A DNA stretch of 56,844 nucleotides. Source: Bacteroidales bacterium. GTDB lineage: Bacteria > Bacteroidota > Bacteroidia > Bacteroidales > M50B96. A program made the position numbers and the translations under genes. The DNA lies in contig JBFHES010000002.1 in the NCBI GenBank assembly GCA_041584015.1, forward strand, positions 1 through 56,844, in the 5' to 3' direction. The notes beneath the pieces are model-generated. The model worked only from the letters and a program-made list of their open reading frames with translations, was not told the origin of the DNA and made no database searches. Shown piece after piece: positions 30,301 through 37,838 of this stretch; the stretch's first letter is position 1, and every line of letters starts with the position of its first letter.

Positions 30301-33242
30301 CCCACGAAACTGAGCCCATTTTGATTATAATTCTCATAGACCATATTAAAGTATAAGTCTACGCCAAAATCTTCGAAGCCCTTAATTGGTTCAACATCGT
30401 CATGGGCGCCAAACCCTTCGAGATGACCATCATATACAGCTTCTTTGTTGTACACGTCCGACTCATACCCAATGCTAATTTCGGTGCCTACAGGAGTTAA
30501 AATGGATTTAAGGGAAAATGTTTCCGGGTTATCCCTATCGTATCCCCAGGCATCAAAATCATAATCGCTATTAAAAACGCCTGAATGATAAGCAAAATCA
30601 TAACCAGGCATAAACTCTGAACCTCCTTTCCCCAGAAGGTCCACTCCATGCAATGTCAACTTACCATTCACATTTGAGTTCTCAATATCCTGACCTGCAT
30701 ACAATGTGTAATCATCGGTACCATCATCATTATTATCATAATTAAATTCTATGACTTTTATGGCACTCGACTCTAATTGTGCAAGGTTATCCCCATCATC
30801 ATACACATTTCCAAAATAATGACCTGATCTTTCTAATAATACATCCTGACCAAAGTTCCAATTAGAACAATAAGGCCAAGGATTCGGCCAAAGAGTATTA
30901 ACAGGGGCTCCCTGTAGATCGTATGGATCAAACTCAAATCGATTATGGAACGAACTTAAAATGTCTCCAGCCCCAGTCCCGATTGAAGCATAATTGTCAA
31001 AATCATCATTTTTTACCAATAATATTTTGTCAAGCTTCATGACCTGTGCTTGATTCGGCGTTGTCCAATTATGATAATAATAAGGTTTGTAATAGCCAGT
31101 AGCGTACTCTGAATTATTCCACGCTACACTTGAGTTGGTCATACATGTTATTGGATATCGTTCTCTACTATAAGGTGAAATAATATTACCCCAATTAGCA
31201 TCAATCATCTTACGATAAAAAGGATCATGAGCTAGTTCCTTGCCCAAACCATCTTCACGAACACTTTTAACAAAAACAGCAGTATGTGTGCGTGTCTGGA
31301 TTGTATTGAGATAATATATTTGCTTTGTCCCTCTTTGAACATTCACTTCAAAATCATCGTCCATATCTGGATTGTACGGTATCTGCCAAACATATCCATC
31401 ACTCCATTTACCATAATCGAACTGTACCCAGTAGCCATAATCTTTTTCATCAAACCCGTCATCTCCACGTTCTACATAATCGGGTCCGGTTATGGCTGTT
31501 AATAACCAAGTATATGCATACTTACCATATTTAATATTATTAAAGTAATCATCCTGGTCATTATCCTTTTTGAATGTCCCTTCCTCAAATTGGTATACCG
31601 GTAAAGAATAATGATACCTTTTACCGTCTTCAACTGTTATCGTAAAAGCACCAATGCCATCTTCATCGAAATACATCCAATTTAACCTTGGCTCATCACC
31701 GCCTGCTGGAGGTAGACTGGTGATACTGCTGGTCTCAATAAAACCTCTCTCAGCAAGATTAGATGTAGCTATCTCCTTGTTTGTAAAGTATTCAACATGG
31801 CGACTCTGTCCACGCCGCTCATTTTGTGTATCATAATAGTTCGAAGTAACTGCGGTTACATCGGTACTAAAATCATAGCTATCTAACGGATATCCGTTAG
31901 CCAATGGATCTCCAATAAAATCACCATCGTCTATTCGTAGAAAAGATGAAGGTGCCAGGTCAAAATCAAAATAAATTTCATGTTGCTCTTTATCTACGGA
32001 ATTACCTATGTTATCATCATAAAAATAGGTCATATCGCTATTTAGATCCGTGTTATAATTGTCTGTTTCTATAGGAAAACCATTTCCTGTGATCAAATAA
32101 TTTTGATAAAGTTTAGGACTTATTGCACCTGTAATCCCCTGACCACTTACCGAGTATGCATCATATCCTGGCAATAAAATACTATTTAAAACCTCAAATC
32201 TATCTAAATCGGAATCATTTGTTCCAACATATTCACCACCTGAAGCCTGATCGGTATAATACCAAAAATCTTTATCATAGTCTATTGAATAGCTATCCAC
32301 CTTACAACGCGGATGGGCGGCAGATGTTTCTTCCACCCAGTTTTCTGAATAAGTATTTGCGTTTTTTGAATATAGTAATCCATAGTTGACATGGTTTTCC
32401 AAATGGTATGCCCAATAGTTTGCTCTGTTATGTTGAAAACTAATATAAAATAATTTGAAAGGAAGAGTAAAACCTCTGCTAAGGGTATATCCTGAAACGT
32501 TTGATGTTCCACCTGATCCTTGAATAGAACCACTAATAGATGGTAAACCACTGTAACTAAGGCCTCCATTAGTAGAAAATGAAATGCCGATTGATTTATC
32601 GTTATAAGGAACCTTAAAATCAGAATTTAACGATGCTCCAAGACCTATTCCTCCTGCCGAGCTATACGAAATTGATGCTCCTCCATATTTTAATGTACCT
32701 CGTAAACCGGAAGCAGGGTGGTAACCTATACTTGCACCAAAAGGAGTATCCGTGATTCCAACACCTACACTCCCACCGAATCCCTGGACGTCACCCCACG
32801 TATAGGTCACACCAAGATTTAAAACATCATTAATTCCCACCCCGGCACCAACTGTATAAAACTCCTTGTCTATCAGTTCGTTATATGCAATACATAATGA
32901 TGTGGATTCATTCCAGTCATCCGCAACTCCTGAAATAGTTCGGTTTAAAGCCCCAGGGTTAAGGTTCCAACCAAGTCCGACCCATGATGCCTCAGCACCA
33001 TTGGCAACCCCTGCGTGATAGGACAATGCTATTGGATACCCACCCCCATTTGAAGGTACTTCAAGTATGGGTAGAACATAAGTGAAATTACCTGTGAGGT
33101 TATTCACCATATCCGTTGCATCAACCGGCTCAAAGCTCATGGCTTCAGGCGCAATGGGCCCTGTGTTCTGTCCATCTACTTGTATGACAATTGCAACAAG
33201 TAAAGCGATTAAGGTAAACCTTTTCTTTATTCTTTGAATCAT
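27327..33242 (-). CDS. Giant secreted SpvB/TcB-N-like protein with C-terminal YD repeats
   Basis: 1971 aa with a signal peptide. The segment FTYVLPILEVPSNGGGYPIALSYHAGVANGAEASWVGLGWNLNPGALNRTISG matches the SpvB/TcdB N-terminal signature (LP...G.GY.P.l.L.Y.sG..N...GLGW.l....I.R). YD repeats lie near the C-terminus (YVYDDETGFLTYILDNDNLYTQYEYDYGGRL). Confidence 0.65.
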   Translation of the reverse strand: MIQRIKKRFTLIALLVAIVIQVDGQNTGPIAPEAMSFEPVDATDMVNNLTGNFTYVLPILEVPSNGGGYPIALSYHAGVANGAEASWVGLGWNLNPGALNRTISGVADDWNESTSLCIAYNELIDKEFYTVGAGVGINDVLNLGVTYTWGDVQGFGGSVGVGITDTPFGASIGYHPASGLRGTLKYGGASISYSSAGGIGLGASLNSDFKVPYNDKSIGISFSTNGGLSYSGLPSISGSIQGSGGTSNVSGYTLSRGFTLPFKLFYISFQHNRANYWAYHLENHVNYGLLYSKNANTYSENWVEETSAAHPRCKVDSYSIDYDKDFWYYTDQASGGEYVGTNDSDLDRFEVLNSILLPGYDAYSVSGQGITGAISPKLYQNYLITGNGFPIETDNYNTDLNSDMTYFYDDNIGNSVDKEQHEIYFDFDLAPSSFLRIDDGDFIGDPLANGYPLDSYDFSTDVTAVTSNYYDTQNERRGQSRHVEYFTNKEIATSNLAERGFIETSSITSLPPAGGDEPRLNWMYFDEDGIGAFTITVEDGKRYHYSLPVYQFEEGTFKKDNDQDDYFNNIKYGKYAYTWLLTAITGPDYVERGDDGFDEKDYGYWVQFDYGKWSDGYVWQIPYNPDMDDDFEVNVQRGTKQIYYLNTIQTRTHTAVFVKSVREDGLGKELAHDPFYRKMIDANWGNIISPYSRERYPITCMTNSSVAWNNSEYATGYYKPYYYHNWTTPNQAQVMKLDKILLVKNDDFDNYASIGTGAGDILSSFHNRFEFDPYDLQGAPVNTLWPNPWPYCSNWNFGQDVLLERSGHYFGNVYDDGDNLAQLESSAIKVIEFNYDNNDDGTDDYTLYAGQDIENSNVNGKLTLHGVDLLGKGGSEFMPGYDFAYHSGVFNSDYDFDAWGYDRDNPETFSLKSILTPVGTEISIGYESDVYNKEAVYDGHLEGFGAHDDVEPIKGFEDFGVDLYFNMVYENYNQNGLSFVGTDPNFLLEFAGWPGDNIFTERVPLTTVFTPTSIGYRVGQIVDMELEWKTNSGLNKDIEHENANWTYNAYGQFEVFYTGPMPILCGTTNINDYEMTLTGQIKCPDVEEWKWFKYVFEGTWDNNLQKAYCNDVDELKKIFPIKNFSVSALKPSGPKQGGGLRVNNIELTAGTDSYRTEYTYDGGIVSYAPTTYSRFVPYINEISAPLVVYNNVSIEEFDREGTSKGLVTNYEFEVFESFIPSTDPDASPRDFNLGSHFTVTNDEIDSDDPDDPGDVGSSSNPYFNSTTQTHHHAYFRKANIENKLSEIGRVNSVTTEDDYGRVVSRTDYTYMNLEVTPSTTDQGIVKETFRSTKRFNPVNLPGPLFDRITWYLNSTSNIKYPNILLSTSSVDNMGNKSETLIETLDPFTGIPVETININPDGSQIKTCILSAKDVGVYQGYDDAGTFIPGMNSKFENVLNKNMLSQKAAQISYRSNDDGSTWKPIGVNVQTWNDSWIYRNWDSGNSQYIDETEDGVWRKHENFIWGDAKTNGVLEGFTYGNGYDLEANWSSIISGSNDSWQKTSEVNRYDHYSNMLEVADIYNNVVAVTRYNEKDGATLLTASNATYDEVTHSGAEYLPQTGFCEGEVELENGAARINEIAITNLDAHTGSYVFQLQPGENIAYKAEIGNEFKIGQHYRASVWQFIDKNDDLNSEDCELWAQFLPGTSSDHKVIVSCANSTLSCGQLWKLITLEFQIPDLTGIDNIVISVMNETSTETHEFDDFRVQPVHSSVTSYVYDDETGFLTYILDNDNLYTQYEYDYGGRLMHSYKETKYGKTQLTKNVYNYAYDAFHLGECDADVAAGHTMLTEIIYTNHAATQVIQLEYFLDGTSVAAESENIPSGSTYTFVVPITIPDDLEQGNWHINIEGDWNGTIPVHVCNPLVPPLATAAVCDHAGYELPGTYLPSMDIYVNAGAGYTIGDTFVLLGTCRVFKLESFTGPGAINDYWEEIN

Positions 33243-33260
33243 AGCTAGTAACTCTTTATG

Positions 33261-33875
33261 TTAATTATTTAGTTTATTAAAATCTATGTTGGGCGTGTTG
33301 ATAATATCGTTGGTCTCAAAACGGAAAATAATTCTTCCGGTTCTTAATCCAAAGTCTTCTATTGTAAATTTCAATTGGTCATTTTTATGAAATAAGCCTT
33401 TATCAAATACCAATAGCACATCGGAACTTCGTGCAGCTCCGTAGGTTCTTGCAAAATGTGCGTCCATCATTTGGAGTGTGTCGGCAGCAGAATTGGTAAG
33501 GGTTACAAGATCCTGCATTCCAAATGCAAGCTGGTCAACTAGTTGTCCGAATTTTTGTTTGTCGCCGCCAAACGCATTTAACACTTCTTTACCGCCAGCG
33601 GAAACAGATAGAGTGAAATAAAGATGGTCAAAATTGGTTCTTTGTTGTTGCAATTCCTGCTCTTCAATTTTTTCTTTTTGTCTGACAGTTTGCCATACAA
33701 GCAGATCTGATGGTTTATAGGTTAGCTTGTAAGTGATACCATTCAATAGCTTTTCCTGGATGAGACCGTTATCCGTATCAGCAACATAACCTAGCAGCTC
33801 CTCACGATTAACTTCTCCGGTACAAGAAATAAACAATACTACTATTGTCAGATAGTAAATTAGCTGTTTTTGCAT
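33261..33875 (-). CDS. Lipoprotein of unknown function
   Basis: 204 aa with lipobox LFISC. It ends 18 nt upstream of the giant gene. Confidence 0.45.
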   Translation of the reverse strand: MQKQLIYYLTIVVLFISCTGEVNREELLGYVADTDNGLIQEKLLNGITYKLTYKPSDLLVWQTVRQKEKIEEQELQQQRTNFDHLYFTLSVSAGGKEVLNAFGGDKQKFGQLVDQLAFGMQDLVTLTNSAADTLQMMDAHFARTYGAARSSDVLLVFDKGLFHKNDQLKFTIEDFGLRTGRIIFRFETNDIINTPNIDFNKLNN

Positions 33876-33935
33876 GTTTAAAAAAAATAATAGAACGATT
33901 GTTTCTTAGTTACAATCGTCCTTTAATAGTTATTC

Positions 33936-34499
33936 TTAATCTGTTTCAACCTTAATTCCTTTACCGCGGTTGTATTCTTTGTTCAATCCCTCTAGTATTG
34001 CATCAGTCAGGTTGTAGTCTTCATTGGCATAAAGCAGATTACCAGTACCATTAGCTCCAATTACAAATCCATAGCCAGACTTCTTGCCAAAATCCATTAC
34101 AAACTCGTTTATTTCGTTGAGTACATTCTGAGACGAAAGTTGCTCTTCTTCTTGAATCTTTTTCTCTGTTGCTTCGCTATAACCGTTAATTTGCTGTTGC
34201 TTGTTACGGAGTAACTCCTGCTTAAGTTCAATCTCCTTTTTACTCATCGATTTCCTTTCTTTTTCATAAGCCTTCAGTTCAGCTTCCCATTCTGCTACCA
34301 ATGTGTCAACATTGGCTCTCATTGTTTTTGATTTTGCTTCGAATTCAGATCGGGCATCAATCATCCCTTGATATTTTTCTATTACAGTATTTAATTCAAT
34401 GTAGGCTATTTCGTCCTTTGCATTTGTCTTGTCGTACCAAAAATAAATTACACTAACGGTTAAAAGAACTGCCAATACTGTTAGAAAAGTCTGTTTCAT
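33936..34499 (-). CDS. OmpH/Skp-family periplasmic chaperone
   Basis: 187 aa. It has a signal/anchor followed by a long coiled-coil. The segments NTVIEKYQGMIDARSEFEAK and GYGFVIGANGTGNLLYANEDYNLTDAILEGLNKEY are typical of OmpH-like proteins. Confidence 0.65.
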   Translation of the reverse strand: MKQTFLTVLAVLLTVSVIYFWYDKTNAKDEIAYIELNTVIEKYQGMIDARSEFEAKSKTMRANVDTLVAEWEAELKAYEKERKSMSKKEIELKQELLRNKQQQINGYSEATEKKIQEEEQLSSQNVLNEINEFVMDFGKKSGYGFVIGANGTGNLLYANEDYNLTDAILEGLNKEYNRGKGIKVETD

Positions 34500-34752
34500 A
34501 TTAAAAATATTTGAATTATTGTTGTCTCAATAGTTATTGTTAAATGGCTTAGATTCAATTTAAAATAATATGAACAATGATACTATCTTTTTTAAAAAAA
34601 AAAAAAGATCGATATCATAGTCTCGGTAATGTTATTAAGATTAGTTAAAAACAACCAACAATTCACTTTAATTAATCACTGATTTTGTGACACTTACAGA
34701 GTTGTTGGTTTTGTTTTAATGTTATAAACGCCAAATACTTTAATTCTTTATT

Positions 34753-34760
34753 TACTTTTG
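34753..34760 (+). promoter_or_regulatory. Bacteroidota-type -7 promoter motif (TACTTTTG)
   Basis: It matches TAnnTTTG and lies 64 nt upstream of the ATG at 34824. Confidence 0.3.
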
Positions 34761-34823
34761 GATAGTAATAAACTAAATACAACTGCATATAACTCTTTTA
34801 ATAAAAACTAAAAACTAAAAGTC

Positions 34824-35894
34824 ATGTTTCTGATTAGGTTCATATTGCTTCCGATGATCACAATATACCTTAGCATTAATTGTCACAGCCAAATTAAAAT
34901 TGGGGGAATAGATATCTCATCTGCTAATTCACGGATAAATAGCCAATTTAATGATGCTTCCTGCGACACCTTATTCTCTTTTGAATGCAATGGACCATTT
35001 CTTTCAGGAATTGCCTGGGACGGAGAAAACTTATGGCTAAATGACGGATCAAGTTACCTTCGTAAATATTCAATCAACGGTGATCTATTAGGTGAGATAT
35101 CTTCACCTATACCTAGTAATCAATGGGGTAGGTTCGGCGGGATGACATACGATGATAGTACATTATGGGTTGTAGGAGAACAGGCAGCTAAATTATATCA
35201 AATATCAATGAATGGCTATGTTATAAATTCCTTTAACTTACCTTCATTCGGACTAAGCGATCCCAATGGACATGGAATAGCATTTGACGGGATCAATCTA
35301 TGGCATAGTGAGTACGATTCATGTATGATATACAAAATAAGTCCAATAAATGGGACTGTAATTGATTCTATTATCCCACCTATCCCTATTACATCACTTG
35401 ATTTTATTGATGGAATCCTTTATGGTGTGACAACTTCAATAGGAAATGAAATCCCACGACTAGTAGGAATTGACACCGCTTCAGGCCAATTTATTGATAC
35501 CGTGGAATGGTGCATACCACTCCCAATTGGGCTAGTTTGGGATGGGGAATACATATGGGGAACTAGTGGTCCTGAAGAATTTCTTGGGTTTCCAACTGGT
35601 GGAACCAGTAGAGTGTATATGACAAATACAGAATTATCTCCTACTTTCAATAATATTTCAACTGAATCATCAGATGAGAATATTATTGTGTATCCAAATC
35701 CATTTACATCTCATATTAATATTGAATCTTCTTGCGAAATAAATGGTTCCATTTACATTACTAATTTATTGGGTGAAATTGTTTATCATGGTGTCTTCCA
35801 TAAATCTACTTTGAATCTAGATTTAGATTTTCTTCCATCAGGGATGTATATCGTTCGAACAGCTAAAAGCAGTAAGGTAATTATTAAAAAATAG
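34824..35894 (+). CDS. Secreted beta-propeller-like protein with a T9SS (Por) C-terminal sorting domain
   Basis: 356 aa with a signal peptide. It has about five repeats of the type WDGENLWLND / YDDSTLWVVG / FDGINLWHSE / WDGEYIWGTS. The C-terminal IIVYPNPFTSHINIES...LPSGMYIVRTAKSSKVIIKK is a typical T9SS CTD (about nt 35676-35891). Confidence 0.75.
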   Translation: MFLIRFILLPMITIYLSINCHSQIKIGGIDISSANSRINSQFNDASCDTLFSFECNGPFLSGIAWDGENLWLNDGSSYLRKYSINGDLLGEISSPIPSNQWGRFGGMTYDDSTLWVVGEQAAKLYQISMNGYVINSFNLPSFGLSDPNGHGIAFDGINLWHSEYDSCMIYKISPINGTVIDSIIPPIPITSLDFIDGILYGVTTSIGNEIPRLVGIDTASGQFIDTVEWCIPLPIGLVWDGEYIWGTSGPEEFLGFPTGGTSRVYMTNTELSPTFNNISTESSDENIIVYPNPFTSHINIESSCEINGSIYITNLLGEIVYHGVFHKSTLNLDLDFLPSGMYIVRTAKSSKVIIKK

Positions 35895-36151
35895 TTTAAA
35901 GCCTGAATCGAGGCGTATAAAAAGTGGTTGATCATTCGTATTCTAAGTGCAAAAAAAAAATATTGAAATAACGATTTAAATTTGAGTCTTTAGATAATTC
36001 ACTACTCTTGTTTCATGTATCTACGTTATATGAATTTCGAGGTTGAAATTTATAAATAGTATTAGATCTTACACAATGATGACATAACTATTATTGTGTC
36101 AGAAAAAGTCATTTTTTTTTATAAAGATAGAGAAGGATATATGTAATCTTC

Positions 36152-37819
36152 TTAAAACACCTCTAGCTCCCCACCAGCTCCAAACCTTCCTTTACCTCTC
36201 GCTACACCGTCTTTAACTTCGATAATACAATCTACATCATGTGCATTCTCCTGTCCACCACGGAAATCACCTTCCTTGGTAGCATGAAAGATAAAGATAA
36301 AAGCGGTTTTAGGATTTACCTGGATCAGCTGATTGAGTTTTTCATTATCCACTTTTCCTTTAGAAACGGAGTCAATAAATACAAACTGAAACTCCTCAAG
36401 TTTTTCAGGTATAACCTCACTCATAAAAAGATTTGGATGTACTGCATTCAGACGTTCCAGCTTTTCTTTCATGGTATAACCATAACCTTCTTCAAGGGCA
36501 GCATAAAGCACCTTTCCATGGTTTTCTGCAAGGTGCTTGGCAAAATCGATACACATGGTACTCTTGCCTGATTTGGGCTTTCCATACACCATACACGAAA
36601 ACCCAATGGATGGATCACCGATCAAATCTTTATATTTTCCATTCAAGCCAATGGTTTCAAATTGCATTTCAGAAAGTTGAACGGAGGAGATTACATCGGG
36701 CAATCCCTTTAAACCTGATTCTGTTTTATCTTTTTTTTTTGAGACTAAATCATTGCTCTCAACCATTCCCGTCAAACCATTCAATTCGGCTGTTGTGATT
36801 TCAGGAGTTTTGGTGCTTCCATTCACATAGTGCATCAATGAATTATAAACTGCATCAATTTTCTTCTTGTATGGATCATCCTTTGTTAATTTCATTTTCT
36901 CGGCAGCAGTTTTCATCTGATCAGCCAGACGTTTCGCTTTAACCTTTACATCCGTTTTACCATGTAATGAAATAAACCGTTTGATATAAGAAATAGATAG
37001 CATTGGTTTCTCACTGTCAGCAATTATGCTGTATTTATCCAGCGTTTTGGAATCAATATCTACTTTGATTTGCTCCGGCTTTTTATTATAGAGCTTTACC
37101 AGTTGTTCTTGAATATGAATGATTTCTTTGGCATATTTGGAGCTTTTACGAATACGTTTCTCGGTAATCGCTCTTTGCAAAGCATTAAGGAATAATAAGA
37201 TTTGATGCTTGGTTTTAATCTTCCCATTGAGAAGTACAAATCGTTTAATAAAACGGATCTCATCTGAGGTGCGTTCCACTTGATTAGCTTTTAATGGTTC
37301 TTTCTTAGGACTTGCCTTTCTTACCGGTTGTTTGGGATTTGCATTGGTTTTCTTTTTTACTGGCTTTGATTCAAGCATATCCATTGAAAGGTCAAAATGT
37401 TTGAGCACTTCAAATACTTTTTTCTCAGGAACACGACTACCATGAATTATAACCAATTCATTTAAAGCATCCTTTGCATCCAATACATTCTCAGCTGCTT
37501 TATTGGCAAGCTGGATTACCTTTATATCTGTAAAGAATCTCTGCGCCTGCCTGGAGGCATTAGATTTTGTAGTCTTCTTTTTTTTGCTTGTTGCTTTTGG
37601 TTTTACTTTATCCTTTGCCGGCACTTTTTTTTGTATTAGGAACTGATTCAGTTTTTTGAAATAAATATCCAGGAATTCCTTGTCATCATCCAAGTATTCC
37701 CAGGTTGTGTAATCCTTGCTCCCAAATTCAATGGTGTCAAAACCTTCTTTAAGTGCCTCCGGTAGTGATTTGTAATCAATATTTTTTACCTCCTTGAAAT
37801 AATTGCTCTTTGTAATCAT
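36152..37819 (-). CDS. Lys-rich N-terminal region fused to a RecA/RadA(Sms)/KaiC-like ATPase domain (Sak4-like recombinase or other phage ATPase)
   Basis: 555 aa. It has Walker A GKPKSGKST and Walker B FVFIDSV. The segment FHATKEGDFRGGQENAHDVDCIIEV resembles the RadA H-T-K-(D/E)-G...H..D motif. There are internal repeats, IRFIKRFVLLNGK and ISYIKRFISLHGK. Confidence 0.55.
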   Translation of the reverse strand: MITKSNYFKEVKNIDYKSLPEALKEGFDTIEFGSKDYTTWEYLDDDKEFLDIYFKKLNQFLIQKKVPAKDKVKPKATSKKKKTTKSNASRQAQRFFTDIKVIQLANKAAENVLDAKDALNELVIIHGSRVPEKKVFEVLKHFDLSMDMLESKPVKKKTNANPKQPVRKASPKKEPLKANQVERTSDEIRFIKRFVLLNGKIKTKHQILLFLNALQRAITEKRIRKSSKYAKEIIHIQEQLVKLYNKKPEQIKVDIDSKTLDKYSIIADSEKPMLSISYIKRFISLHGKTDVKVKAKRLADQMKTAAEKMKLTKDDPYKKKIDAVYNSLMHYVNGSTKTPEITTAELNGLTGMVESNDLVSKKKDKTESGLKGLPDVISSVQLSEMQFETIGLNGKYKDLIGDPSIGFSCMVYGKPKSGKSTMCIDFAKHLAENHGKVLYAALEEGYGYTMKEKLERLNAVHPNLFMSEVIPEKLEEFQFVFIDSVSKGKVDNEKLNQLIQVNPKTAFIFIFHATKEGDFRGGQENAHDVDCIIEVKDGVARGKGRFGAGGELEVF

Positions 37820-37838
37820 AGTATGAATGGTCTTTTGC

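Noticed and set aside
20986-33242. T9SS- or T6SS-dependent export of the two giant proteins
   Set aside because: Neither C-terminus resembles the T9SS sorting domain seen in 34824..35894. Neither N-terminus has PAAR-like features, and no VgrG, Hcp or TssB/C genes are in the window. Genes outside the window cannot be excluded.
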